DNA of 64,000 bases from positions 39,246,001 to 39,310,000 of the forward strand of contig OX597816.1 in the NCBI GenBank assembly GCA_951406725.2, given 5' to 3'. The notes under the pieces were generated by a model, which had not been told where the DNA came from, did no database searches, and was given only the letters and a program-made list of their open reading frames with translations. Shown in pieces: positions 38,890-52,707 of this stretch. Every line of letters starts with the position of its first letter. Position 1 is the first letter of the stretch. A program made the translations under genes and the position numbers. This stretch comes from Octopus vulgaris. Taxonomy: Eukaryota.

Positions 38890-41800
38890 CCTCCTTCTTC
38901 CCTTCCTTCCTGAGCGTCCAATAATACTATATTTGTTCCACGTCCTTGCATTGTTGTGTTTTCTCTTTGTGTTTTCATATTTGGATTAACTATATATATA
39001 TATATATATATTTATTTATAGTTATTTATTTATTTATATAAGCCTTGTGAGTAGATTTCATAGAAAGCCCATCATATTTGTGTGTTTGTGTGAGTGAGCT
39101 TGTATTGTCCTTGTCTACATGTATGTTCATTCTCTGCTTGTAAACAATCACTTTGCCAATAACGTTCTTTCCTTGAAGTCCACTATAAAAGCACATCTGG
39201 GCTTCTTGACATGTCTTGGCATGTCGTGCAACCTTTGTGAGCAAAAGATTCGATCAAACAAAATTATTTATTTCTGGTTGTTTACTTAAACATGTCCAAA
39301 CTGTTTGTTGTTTGGTAAACTGGGTGAGTATTATCTCACTTGGGTACAAGAGGGACGTTGGCAAAAGGAAGGGCATCCAGCCATAACTGTAGCCTATGCG
39401 AAAGAGGAGAGGGAAAGCAAATGTTAAAACAATAATAATAATCCTTTCTACTAAAGGCACAAGGCCTGAAATTTTGGGGGAGGGAGTTAGTCAATTACAT
39501 CGACCCCAGTGTTTCACTGGTACTTATTTTATCGACCCCAAAAGTATCAGAGGTAAAGTCAATCTCAGTGGAAATTTGAACTCTGAACATAAAGACGGAC
39601 GATATGCTGCTAAGAATTTTTTGCTCAGCATGCAAATGATTCTACCAGAGTCTGCCGCCTCAACAATAATAATGATGCAGTGGATGATGATGATGATGAT
39701 CATGATGATGACAACAACGACAATAATGTGGCAGCAGCAGCATTTGCAGGCCATGGACAAATCATATGTGGATCATTACCAAAAGAAGTTCCTCATCCCT
39801 GTCTTAAAGTTCTAACAGGTGTTAACATAATCCAGTTTAGTTTTGTGGCATCAACAGTCATTTAATTCATTTCCTGTTAAACTGTTTGTTTAACACTAAG
39901 ACAACTGAGAACTATTTTCATGTACCAGCACTAATAAGAAGGAGTTTCAACATAGTTGTTCAATCTGCTAGATATAGCAACCAAATATCCCTCGAACACA
40001 ACCTACCATCTTAATTAAGAAAAGAACATATTACTTAATGTAGTTCTGGATGTCTTTGTAAACAGATTGGATGGTCACAATTGGAATGCTTTTGATTACA
40101 AGTCTGCTTGATCATGTTGAACCTGGGGCTAAAAAATTACTATCTTATTGATGAGCCGATAAATCAATAAAGGTAGAAAATCTATGATCAGCTTTGTTCT
40201 TGTTTTGTTTTTATTTTGTTTTTTATTTTTGTTTTTTGTTTTTTCAATAATTGTCCAATGCTTCCTTATTCAAGATGGCAATATGTGATTTTAAGGGAGA
40301 GCTGACTACTATTTCTAGCAGATCAAGTGTCCATGCATCCATGTAATGGCTTCCTCTCTTTCAGTGTCTCTTATTTATGGCTGACTGTTATTTTTAGTTT
40401 TGTACTTGAAACTTCTTTCATAATTATGATTCTGTCGTCATAATTATGTAATCTATGGTTTTTTTATACAACTTTCTATCTTTCACATAATAGTTATTCA
40501 ATAACTACTCATTACCCACCAAAAATACTGTCCTAATTAATATATGTCGTCACTTCTACTACTAAAAGCTTTGTCCTTTGATCACTGCCAAAAACAACAA
40601 TAAAATTATCCTCATATTAAAGTTTCATGTTCCATTTTCTCTCATTCTTATTGTTTTGTATTTACAAAGGTCAATGTCAACCAACTGATTATAGTGCCTA
40701 CTTCACCCTCTTTAAGATATAGGGTGTTCAGAGCTTAATGTTTTTATTATCATTCTTTTTGCATGTACAAGAAAAAGTGAGTTCGTTTTTTAGAGTTTAA
40801 TTTTGCTCTTCTAAAAAGAAATGTGGTTTCCACACAGTAGAATGTATGCAGTACATGGAATTCCAATTAACACTTTTGTTGCCACATTTCTGTTGAAATA
40901 TGGAACTTTTATTTTAATCATCATCATCATCATCATCGTTTAACGTCCGTTCTCCATGGTAGCATGGGTTGGACGGTTCGACCGGGGATCTGGGAAGCCA
41001 GAAGGCTGCACCAGGCTCCGGTCTTATCTGGCAATGTTTCTACAGCTGGATGCCCTTCCTAATGCCAACCACTCCGTGAGTGTAGTGGGTGCTTTTTACG
41101 TGCCACCTGCACTGGAGCCAGACGAGGCTGGCATCGGCCACGGTCGGATTGGTGCATTTTACGTGCCACCTGCACGGAAGCCTATATTTTGAAAATTATG
41201 AAGTATTTAATAAAATGACTTTGTTGGTATTTAGCTGGTGTTTGAAGCATAGAGGGTACTAATTTATACATTTTGAACCCTTTTGGCATTTAAACTGGCT
41301 GTATCCAGCCATATCCAACCAAAATATTCTATGCCTAATTCAGCTTCTTTCACTTTCCCTACAATGTAATTCTAAAAACAAATAATCACATCATTGGAAT
41401 CTCAAAGCTATGAGATAATGCATGGTTAATTCAAAGCAATGGGAATAAATAAGCATTGCATTTGACAGAGTAATCTGAATGTAAAAGGATTAAAACAAGA
41501 AGTTTGTATCAGAGAATCAGGAATGATTCCAGGCAGGTTAGTATCAAAAGGGCTAAATAAGCATTTGAGAATTTAGTAATGTTATTAGGAATTATAATCT
41601 GTCTGAACTTAACGTGCTGCCTTCCTAAAAGCTTATTGGTCTATATCTTTTTATTGGTGCTATAATGTGACCACTACAAAAACATTTAACTGTTAGTAAC
41701 TCAGTCATCTATATTGATGTAAAATGAATACTATGACAGGGTATTCATCATCATCATCATCTTCCTTTAACGTCCATTTTCCATGCTGGCATGGGTTGGA

Positions 41801-43063
41801 TGGTTTGATAGAGCTGGGAGGCAGGAGAGTTGCACCAAGTTTTAGTTTGCTTTGCTTTGGTCTCTACAGCCAGATGCCCTTCCTAACACCAACTATATTG
41901 CAGTGTGTGCTGGGTGCTTTTAACATGACACTGCACAAGTGCCTTTACATGGAACCAGCATACAACTCCTGCAGGCCAATCCTCTTCACCCGGAAGAGTG
42001 ACCTTAGTACTTCTGCAGTGGAGGACAGGTTTTGTTTTCTATAAGTAACAGAAATATTGTAGTACATAATAGATTAGGGTGTTTTTAGCATGTATTACTG
42101 AACTTGAAATTTTCCATTAAAAATAATTTTTAAATGTGAGTGGTAGACTTGTAGCCTCTCCAGGTGTAAAAGGGTCTCTCTACTATTAATACTTTGAAAA
42201 TGAAGATAAATTAAAGCATTCTAGTTCAGTATACTCTACTATCGTGGAGGCACGTGGCTTAGTGGTTAGGGTGTCAGCATCATGATTGTAAGATTGTGGT
42301 TTCGATTCCTGGACCAGGTGACACGTTGTGTTCTTGAGCAAAACACTTCATTTCACGTTGCTCCAGTCCACTCAGCTGGCAAAAATGAGTAACGCTGCGA
42401 TGGACTGATGTCCCGTCCAGCTGGGGAACACATACACCATAGAAACCGGGAAACCAGGCCCATGAGCCTGGCTAGGCTTTAAAAGGGCACTTTTATTTAT
42501 ACTCTACTATCCTGAATTCAAATTTTGCTGGGGTTGATTTTGACTTTCATCAATTGGAAGTCAGTAAGATGGTGGTCTGGTAGAATTGTTAAGGTATTGG
42601 ACAAAATGCCTCACCATTTTTGTTCCAATTCTTTATGTTCTAAGTTCAAATCCCATCAAGGTCAATTTTGCCTTTTATTTTTGCGGGGTCAATACAATAA
42701 AATGCCACTCCAGAGTACTGGATTGGAAAAACCGTTAAAGTATTGTACAACTTTTTATAAAAATCTGACAAGGATCAGTTTTGCTTTTCATCTTTTCAAA
42801 GTCAAAATAAATAAACTAATAAACCTGACCAGGGTAATGGATTGGAATAATAGTTTGAACATCAGACTTGCAGTATTTGTTGTTTCTCTAAATGATCTGA
42901 GTTCTTGGGCAATAGACTTAATCCATTATCTGGTTTACTATAACCACTTGGCCGAAATCAATGAATTCTTTTAGCAGAATTTATTCTGTTGTTTGTTGTA
43001 AGCATTCAGACCTAGTCTCCTGTTTGAGGATAACTTCCTACCAGTCTCAAAAAAAAAAATGTA

Positions 43064-43270
43064 CCATATTTTTCTGCCATACAAGTTGAATTTTTAAAAC
43101 CAAAATTTACAGCCAAAAGAAGCTGGTTGACTTAGTTATATACATCAAAACTACTTTGGAAGACCAAAAATTCCATGCAGAATGCAGTAAGGATTGGAAA
43201 GATAGTGGCAGTGTTTGAATTTTTGCACTTTATGTTTACATTATGTTGACTTGTATATCAGGAAATGTGG
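43064..43270. mobile_element. pogo/Tc1-type MITE; diverged second copy at ~48295-48495
   Basis: ta|ccatatttttctgccatacaagttga ... ttgacttgtatatcaggaaatgtgg|ta. Confidence 0.7.
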
Positions 43271-44117
43271 TAAATATCCTTGGATTTAATGCTTCCTTCC
43301 TTGACCAAACAGTAAAAAAAGAAAAGGACATCAATAATATATAAAAATTACACTTTTGTGCCCATTCATAGGTAATTGATAACTTTAATGAACATATAGG
43401 CACAGGCATGGCTGTGTGGTTAGAAGTTTGCTTTCCAGCCACATGGTTCTGGGTTCAATACCACTGCATGGCACCTTGGGCAAGTGTCTTCTACTATAGT
43501 GTCTGGTTGACCAAAGCCTTATGAGTGGATTTCGGTAGACAGAAACTGAAAGAAGCCTATCATGTGTTTGTGTGCGTGTCTGTGTTTGTCCCCTACCACT
43601 GCTTGACCACCAGTTTTGGTGTGTTTACATCTCGGCAAAGGGGACCAATAGAATAAGTGCAAGCTTAAAAAGAGAATAAGTATTGTGGTCAATTAGTTTG
43701 ACTAAAATCCCTCAAGGCAGGGTCCCAGCATGGCTACAGTCTAATGACTGAAACAAGTAAAAGATATACTACATTTAATTAGCAGCTGTTTTTCATGGCG
43801 TGTAATCTTACTTCCAAACCACATAGCTTCATAGGTATTTTTCTTACATGACTACATAGATTTAACACTTTGGATCAGGCTTAAAATTCTGTGTTGATTT
43901 ACTCATAGCACTGTAGCTTGCCTAATCAATTGTTAATCTTTTATGTATAGATTTAGTGTACTAGTGACATCGACATTGATGGGAAGGTTTCTGCAACTCA
44001 CTCTAAGATATCGGGCAGTATCCAAAAGAAGGCCATCAGGATTGATTAGTAAAGATTCAGTGAGCAATACACTTCAGCCAGTCACAAAATGCACTCTTAC
44101 TTATCTCTGTCTCTCTC

Positions 44118-44410
<293 letters not shown>

Positions 44411-44482
44411 TTAATATTGCTTCTACTTTATCATTAAACTAGCTATCTGAATACCTTCCCCATATATATAAACACATATATA

Positions 44483-44524
<42 letters not shown>

Positions 44525-45273
44525 TACACACATATATATTATGTGCCGGTGGCACATAAAAAGCACCCACTACACTCTCTGAGTAGTTAGCATTAGGAAG
44601 GGCATCCAGCTGTAGAAACTTTGCCAGATCAGATTGAGTCTGCTGCAGCCTCTGGCTCACCAGTCCTCAGTCAAACTATCCAACCCATGCCTGTATGGAA
44701 AGCAGACATTATATGATGATGATGATGATGATGATATATACATATAACCAAACACAACTTGATTTATGTTGGTTGGACAACAGAACAATTAAACAAAATG
44801 TGCAATGGATACATGTATGATGTCAGGCAGAAAAGTAGTAGTTTGACAGAACTCCCTGAACATTTTACATCAGATGGCTGCAGTTTTGAGAAAGTACACA
44901 TTCTCACAATATGTGCATCTCTGATCAAAAGCAGAAGTAGTGGGGGAGCATCATAGCCGTGTGTTGAGAGGGATTCTTTGGGGTTTGAATAATTCACCTC
45001 TGGAAACATGGGTGTTTTGTTCAACATTCTTAAACAACCCTTATTCAGAGACCTTTTGAGCAGGATGAGTTACTCAACCAGAAGAAAATTCTAACTGGGC
45101 CCCACCTGCAAGGTCATGTGCTGTTTATCTTGGTATGAGATCACCATGTTGTGCACATATGGTTGTGAAGCCTGGTGTACCCTTATCAGACAGGTAATCA
45201 TGATGGGTATAGTGGGCTTCGTATATTTTACCCCAGTGTCACTTTGATGGCATGCACTGATCTCTCACTCAAC

Positions 45274-45306
<33 letters not shown>

Positions 45307-45964
45307 CTAATAATGTGTCTATACTCACACACACACACACGCACACTATTCATAATAGGCTTCTAGGCTTCCATGCAATTTCCATCTACCAAATTCCACT
45401 CATCGCACATTGTTCAACTTAAGACTAATGTAGAAGACACTTGCCCAATGTACCTGTAGCGGGACTGGACTCAGAACATGTAATTTATGTAGCAAACTCT
45501 CTAACCATAAATTTACACCTGCATTCATTCATTCTTAACTACAAAACTACTCGTGTATTCATATAACACCTTTCTTCCACCCCTTTGATTTACTCTGTCA
45601 TTTTTACTTTGTGTAATTTGGATGTATTAATATAAATATCTATATATTTATACTTAAAAACTCATTTTTGAAAGCTTCCTTTTGCTTTCTCTCAGTTTGT
45701 ATGTATGCATATATACATACCCTGTATTTCATATCCAGGCTATTATATTTACTATATATAATTTGCTTATCCACATAACTGCCTTCATATTTGCTCAGCT
45801 TGATCATTCTTATAGCCGCTCTTTACCCCATGGAGTTGATCCCCTGTAAAGACATCAGAGTTTAAATTTGAATCATTTGAGTGCTACTAAGTGTCTTCTA
45901 TACTGAGAATCTCAGGGTTTCATCTGTTGATTATATATATATATATATATATATTTCTTTCCAG

Positions 45965-46099
45965 GTTTTGCTATTGGACAAGCTGGAATTCTTGTGATAC
46001 TTGGCCAATTTGTCATTGCATATGTGATATTGCTGCTAACCGTTCTCTCCATTTGTGCAATCTCTACCAATGGACTTGTTGAAGGCGGAGGAGCCTATT
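45965..46099 (+). CDS. SLC12A9: SLC12A9-like exon 2 ([45 protein letters not shown])
   Basis: Acceptor tttctttccag|GT. SLC12 signature [15 protein letters not shown]. Ends in phase 1 at the U12 donor T|gtatcctttt. Confidence 0.93.
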
Positions 46100-46783
46100 G
46101 TATCCTTTTACACAATTCAAAATATATTCCATGTTTGTTTGTTTTTTTGTTTGTTTTTTTGTGCATATATATATTTACTAGCAAGCTTGCATGCTATGCT
46201 GGAGAAACATTTACAGAATTGATTTGCTTCTGGCTGCCTGAAAATGGCAAATGAAGATACACCCAGAAAAATTGGCAATGCATGGATTTATGCATGTTTT
46301 TGTTAAATGTGACTCTCATATTATCAACAGAGTGAAATATCACCTTTTGGTAAATGAATTAACATCCTAGTGCTGCAGCATGTATTGTGTAGTCGTTATA
46401 TTTCATGCATTTGACACAATCCAATTTATAGAAATATATAAATAAGTCATAAATAAATAACATATGATGGATGATGTAACAATGTAACATAGAACAGTCA
46501 ATAAAAGAAATACTAAATTATATATTTGCTTAATCTCTTGTTGAGTGAAGTGATGCAGTAGAAGTAAGATAGGCTCATAAGCAAGTGGTTGTAGAATGAA
46601 ACTACACTCTGCAATGGAATGGATACTATTTTTGATATTTATACATCACAACTGAGTTGTCTTATAATATACCAACCATATACATATATACCTACAGGAG
46701 TTGATACAAATTGTATCATGCAATAGAAATTTATATAGGGTCAAAGGGTCACCAACAGACTAGAGTACACCAAAACCTTAGTA

Positions 46784-48008
46784 TTAGGTTGTCAAGTATG
46801 AAATTTATAGTAAGGTATATGGTAAACTTTGACAGCTGCTCATTTTGTGTCATTATTATATTTTGACAATCTTTATTTCTTGTTAGAAAGCTGACACATC
46901 TATTTCTTTATTCTAACTCATTTTGCGCTTTATAAAGTATTTATAATTCCGTTTTTTGCTATTTTTGTTTAGAGATGGATAAGTTTTGAAATATGAGTTC
47001 TTTCTTGGAAATACAGATAGCTCGGAATATTAATGGAGTATTTCATTCTAATGTTATTACACAACAGCAGTATCAAATTTGCAAAATTTCGTTCTGGTAA
47101 CTTTGACCCCACAAATGAGCAACGCGGTTGACCAGAAACAATGGTGTATAATGACAAACTAAAAGCCACCGTCATGTCACATCCATCTCAAAGTGCCTGT
47201 GAATTTTTGTTGTTGTTTGGTGTTAGCAAGCAAACAATATTGACTCACCTAGTTCAAATGGGTAAAGTGAAAAAGTTGGATAAGTGGGTTCGACATGAAC
47301 TCAATGAAAATCAGAAACAGCAACGTTTGGAAACCTGCATTATGCTACTTTTACGTCACAAAAATGAATCATTTTTAATCTAATTGTAACATGATGAGAA
47401 ATGGATTCAATACAACAACTGTAAATGTTCAGAACAATGGTTGGACAACGAGTCACTAAAACCGTCCAAAATACAAAATTCATCAAAAGAAGCTGATGGT
47501 ATATGTTTGGTGGTCTGGTGCAGGTGTGATCCATTATGATTTCATTAAACCTGGTTAATCAATCATGCCCAAAGTATACTGCAGCCAACTGGACCAAATG
47601 ATGCAGAAACTTACAAAAAAAAAACAGCCAAGATTAGTCAACAGATCCACTCCTATTTTATTGCAAGACAACACCAGACCACACATCGTAAAATTGACTT
47701 TGGTGAAACTACAGGAATTGGAGCTGGAAGTTCTCTATCATCCACCATACTTGCCTGATCTTGCCTCCACTGACTACCACTTCTTCCAGAATTCGGATAA
47801 GTTTTTGATAGGAAAAAATTTAATTCCAATGATGCTGTTAACCAGGCCTTCCAAGATTTTATTGACTCTAGATTGCCAGGCTTTTACAGTTCCGGGCTGG
47901 ACAAAACTACCACTGAAATAGCAAAAGTGTTGACAATATGGGTGCATACTTTGATGAATAAAACTATTCCTTGTATTTATAAAACAAATTTCATACTTGA
48001 CAACCTAA
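46784..48008 (+). mobile_element. Full-length defective mariner element inside the U12 intron
   Basis: Perfect 23-bp TIR ttaggttgtcaagtatgaaattt / aaatttcatacttgacaacctaa, with TA on the left and CA on the right. Motifs KLDKWVRHEL, T*DEKWI, LQDNTRPH, HPPYLPDLASTDYHFF. Confidence 0.93.
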
Positions 48009-48697
48009 CAGCATAGTGGGCAGAGATAACAGCAGCAACAGGACTTTTAGTATATAGGCTATGTAAATTTATCTCACTCACAGATGTTTGAATATACTTA
48101 ATTAGTAGTTATATTGAATACTTTTAATTAGTAGTTGTATTGAATATACTTAATTAGCAGTTATATACTTATTAATAATTATATTAAAATGCTTGTATTA
48201 CGTTTGAGAAGTCAAGGAATTGAAATAGGTGCTTTTCAAGTATCTTCATCAACATAAATGATTAAGTGAAATAGTTATAATCTATGATCAAATTTTTTGT
48301 ATTTTCTGGTATACAAGATAAATTTCTTAGACCAAAATTTACAATAGTAGATTGATTTATACACCAAGATGGCTTTGGAGGACCAAAAATTTCATGAGAA
48401 ATGCAGTACAGTTTGTAAAGATAATGACAATGTTTGAATGTTTACACTACATATTTACACTTTACGCTATATCAACTTGTGTGTCAGAAAATATCATGTG
48501 AGTCATTATCAGCTTATCTTCCACACCCTATTGCTCAATGTATATTATGTACTGACTTCAAGAGGAAATGTGAAATAACCTAGCAGACTCCACTTCTAAT
48601 ATCATCTACCATAAAGCGCTCCATAGTAATGTTTTTTTATTTTATTTTTTTTATTTAGCTGTCTTCTGTGAGGAAACAAATACCTATAGGTTGTTTA

Positions 48698-48812
48698 TTC
48701 ATTAGAAATATAGGCTGTCTAATCATTAGAAATATAGACTGTCTACATTAGGAATATATAAGCTATTCAACATTAGAAATATAGACTATCAACTCAGAAA
48801 TATAGGCTGACT
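48698..48812. repeat. ~22-24-bp tandem repeat (cattagaaatataggctgtct), ~5 copies
   Basis: Repeated agaaatatag(g/a)ct cores seen directly. Confidence 0.8.
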
Positions 48813-50298
48813 ACTCACTTGCTAGAAAAAAAATATGCTGCTTCCTTAATAGCTGGCAGTCTCATTAAAAATATAGTGATGGAAGACTTAAAGACAAATT
48901 AGTTACAATATTGAACTAGCTGAGCAAGTATCTACAAACTCCTTTGCTAATTCACAGACAAAGGATACAGATCATGGTACTATAAACAAGTGACTTGCTG
49001 AAGCCCTTTACTCCCTATGGAGCATGGACCATAAACAACTTTTCTCCACTCTTGTAGACTGAGCAGTTTTATTTCTGCTTCTCTCCAGTTGAATCCTCGC
49101 TCCATGGAGGCATGTGGCTAAGTGGTTAGGGGTGTTGGGCTCATGATCATAAGATTGTGGTTTCAATTCCTGGACCAGGTGACATGTTGTGTTCTTGAGC
49201 AAAACACTTCCTTTTACATCGTTTCAGTCAACTCAACTGGCAAAAATGAGTAATCCTGCAACGGACTGGTATCCTGTCCAGGTGGAGAATATATATGCAA
49301 TGGAAACCGGGAAACCAGCCTTTATGAAATAGTATGACTTGAAGAGGAAACTTTACCTTTTATGGTCCTTGCTTCTTGTTGCAGCTTCCTTTTGGATTTT
49401 GTTGTACTACAACATGTGTTTCCCTGAAAGAAGGCCTTCCTCTCTCAGGTCTTGTTAGTTTTGAATTGTCATTGAAGCTTCTGTAATTGTGCTTTTTTCT
49501 AGGGTGGGATGTTAGTCCTATACAAACCAGGTGGTTCATATTAGTCAGGTGTGTAACCTTTAGTTTATCCAGCATGAGAAGCTCTGCCAGGGGCTTATAT
49601 TAGGCGGCGAGCTGGCAGAAACGGTAGCATGCCAGGCGAAATGCGAAGCCGTATTTCGTCTGCCATTGCGTTCTAAGTTCAAATTCTGCCGAGGTCAACT
49701 TTGCCTTTCATCCTTTCGGGGTTGATAAATTAAGTACCAGTTATGCACTTGGGTCGATGTAATCGACTAAATCCCTTTGTCTGTCCTTGTTTGTCCCCTC
49801 TGTGTTTAGCCCCTTGTGGGTAGTAAAGAAATATATATTCCACTGGCAGAGCTCCCAGGGTCATTGAAATACACAATCCACCACACCTTACCTTGTGGTG
49901 GACAAATGACTGGGCAACACTTATATGTCCAGTTGATACTCTACATAAGAAACTCGATGTATTGTTTAGCTCCAGGTCAATCCCAACCAAGCAGATCTAT
50001 GATCAAAGGCACTCCAGTCACGATAACCCAGTCTTTTTAGAAGTATCCAGGACTACATTATCCAATATACCCTTACTTTTTATAAAACAGTAAAGTGTTA
50101 ATCAAGGGAAACTTTACTGTTATTTCTAGCAGGTCAAGACGTTTCCTTGTTTGCTCACACTGACTGGAGTTTGCTCTTGCTTTTGTAACTATTTTGTACC
50201 AAACAACTAAAATAGAACTCCCTTACCATGTTGTTACTAGGTTAGTCCATTACTCTGTCAATTTGTTGCTACACATTTACTTAACTATAATTGCTCAG

Positions 50299-50433
50299 AT
50301 ATGATAAGTCGAGCTCTGGGACCAGAATTTGGTGGAAGTATTGGATTCCTGTTTTTTGTAGCCAATGTCTTCTCTTGTTCTCTTTACACCTCTGCTATTG
50401 TAGAAGGTTTGATTCAGAACTTTGGACCAAGTG
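50299..50433 (+). CDS. SLC12A9: SLC12A9-like exon 3 ([45 protein letters not shown])
   Basis: T+AT rebuilds the conserved [21 protein letters not shown] motif. Acceptor ctcag| is preceded by a U12 branch site. Donor G|gtaagt. Confidence 0.95.
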
Positions 50434-51190
50434 GTAAGTACTTATTTATACTTTTCCTTTCAAATGCATGCAGGTATGCATGTGTGTGTGTGTGTGCATG
50501 CTTTGCATATATATATATATATATATTTATATACACACACACATGTACATTATCCAGTGTGATAGTGTTTTCCCACTGATCCTATATTAGTCTTGTACAT
50601 ATTTTAAAATTCAATATTACAAAAAGAAGAAACCAAAAAATTCTCTGTGCGTGAGTGTGAAAGGTACTTTGTGTAGCTGAAATGAAAACCTTTTCCTACT
50701 TCATATTTAGGAGCTCAGAGATGACAGCTTTTGCCTTGGTAAACTTGGGTAAACCTGCATATATCCTCAGTCTGAGTTCAAAGTCAGCCAAGGCCGATTT
50801 TGCCTTGAATCCTCTCAGGATTGATGAAATAAGTACCACTTGAACACTGAGATCAATGTAATCAATTTACCAGCTCCCCGAAATTGCTGGCCGTTGTGCC
50901 AAAATTTAAAACCAATATTTGCGGTATTAGTAAGGCAGGGCGCTGTCAGAATCGTTAGCACACCAGGCAAACTGCTTAGCAGCATTTTGTCCATCTTTAT
51001 GTTCTGAGTTCAAATTCCACCGAGGTCAACTTTACCTTTCACTCTCTCAATGTTGGTAAAATAAGTACCAGTTGAACACTGGGATCCGTGTAATTGATTT
51101 ATATGCTCCTTAAAATTGCAGGCCTTGTGCCACAATTTGACAGCAATAATTGTGGTATTATTCCCATATTTTGGTTATTTATATCTGCAG

Positions 51191-51345
51191 GTACATTCAC
51201 ATCTAACTCTACAGTATATCTGCCATACGATGAAACCAACCATTGGTATGATTATATGTATGCCACCATCTGCCTCGTTCTTTGCCTTGCTATTTGCTTT
51301 GTTGGAGGAGCCATGTTCGCTCGGTTTTCTGCCTTCATTTTACTT
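51191..51345 (+). CDS. SLC12A9: SLC12A9-like exon 4 (G-TFTSNSTVYLPYDETNHWYDYMYATICLVLCLAICFVGGAMFARFSAFILL)
   Basis: Acceptor ctgcag|, donor CTT|gtaagt, phase 1 to 0. Hydrophobic TM4 with a VG.MFAR-type motif. Confidence 0.92.
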
Positions 51346-51411
51346 GTAAGTATCTGTCTATTCTTCCTTTTTCTTTCATCTTTTTTTTTTTTACTTGCTT
51401 CAAGGAGTGCG

Positions 51412-51985
51412 ATAGGCCCTTTGTCATCAGCAGAGGTAGGAGCTCTCTGAACTTTGCCCAGGCTATTCTTATTCTAGCAGCTACACTTTCAGAACATCCA
51501 CCCCTGCTACTGACTTGGTCCCCTAGGTAACGGAAGCTATCAACTACTTGTAGTTTTTCTCCCTGGAATGTGACAGAAGCTGTTCTCTGCACATTTCCAG
51601 TGTTTATAGCACCTGAACATTTGCCACATACAAAAATTATCTTCCCAGTTAGCCTTCCTTTGATATTGTTGCACCTCTTATGTGTCCATAGCTTACATTG
51701 AGCACATCTTATGGAGTTTCTACCGACGCCTTTTCTACAGATCGAGCAGGGCCATCTACCTGAAGGAATTTGTGGTTTGTCTGCCTTCCTACTTATTAAG
51801 ACTTTGGTTTTAGCTAGGTTGACTCTAAGGCCCTTCGATTCTAATCCTTGCTTCCACACCTGAAACTTTTCCTCTACGTCTAATAGTGACTCAGCAATTA
51901 GAGCAAGGTCATCTGCATAGAGGAGCTCCCAAGGGCGTCCTGTCTTGAATTCATCTGTTATTGCTTGGAGGACTATGATGAATTA
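51412..51985 (-). mobile_element. RTE-clade LINE reverse transcriptase fragment with embedded Cys/His finger
   Basis: ELLYADDLAL...GLRVNLAKTKVL...VVDSFRYLG...ARIRIAWAKFREL. Confidence 0.92.
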
Positions 51986-52239
51986 CTCCTTGATTTTCAA
52001 GTTACACAACCTAGTGAGTAATGTTACATGAGAAATCCTTTCAAGGAATCCCATTTTGGCTACTTATATTCACAATTGTACTCTTATGGTCATTGCCCAA
52101 CATTCATGATAAGAAGGGGATAAAAGGAAATTAACTCTTTCTTGCAAATATTAGAAAATAGATGTCAAAGTATGAAAGAAAAAATATGTCCTCTTCTAAC
52201 TGTGTAACAGCAGTTAGCCAATGGGTGTTAAGCCAGCTC

Positions 52240-52600
52240 CTATTGAGTTCACCACATTGTGAGTTCATAGGAGTTTCAAGAGATAATCAGAGTCCATGAG
52301 AACAGTTCCTGTCTGTATTCATAAGCCACCATACACAACCGGTGGCAGGTTGTCCTTGTTTTGGCCCTTTTCACAGCAGGATACCCACAGACATGATCCA
52401 ACACCACCAGGAAGCCCCTGGATTCTGGAACAGATGGTTTCTGAAATTCACCATTGCCTCCAGCTAGCTGAGTTGCGGCCCTAGCACCGTCAGTGTCAGA
52501 CCTGTCCACCTTGGGCGGCCCTACCAGGGACTTGAAGTCTCCAACGACATAGCTCTGACACTCACTCATTTAACTTTCCCACCACAATGAGATCAAAAGT
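52240..52600 (-). mobile_element. Probable RTE-type LINE 5' region fragment
   Basis: GC-richer block with minus-strand ccctggtagggccgcccaaggtggacaggtc, resembling RTE 5' leaders. Recognition only. Confidence 0.4.
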
Positions 52601-52707
52601 TGGACCTTGAGGAAAGAAAGAAAAAGTATGAAATACGATATCCCAAATGTCTTATGTACAAACCATATACTTAATTTGCTAATTTGTACCTAATTTTTCT
52701 TTGGTAG

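Larger units (their letters stand above)
46100..50298 (+). other. U12-type (minor spliceosome) GT-AG intron, 4199 nt
   Basis: 5' site GTATCCTTT is the U12 consensus. Branch site TTTACTTAAC (50276-50285) lies 13 nt before the 3' end. There is no polypyrimidine tract. Confidence 0.92.
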
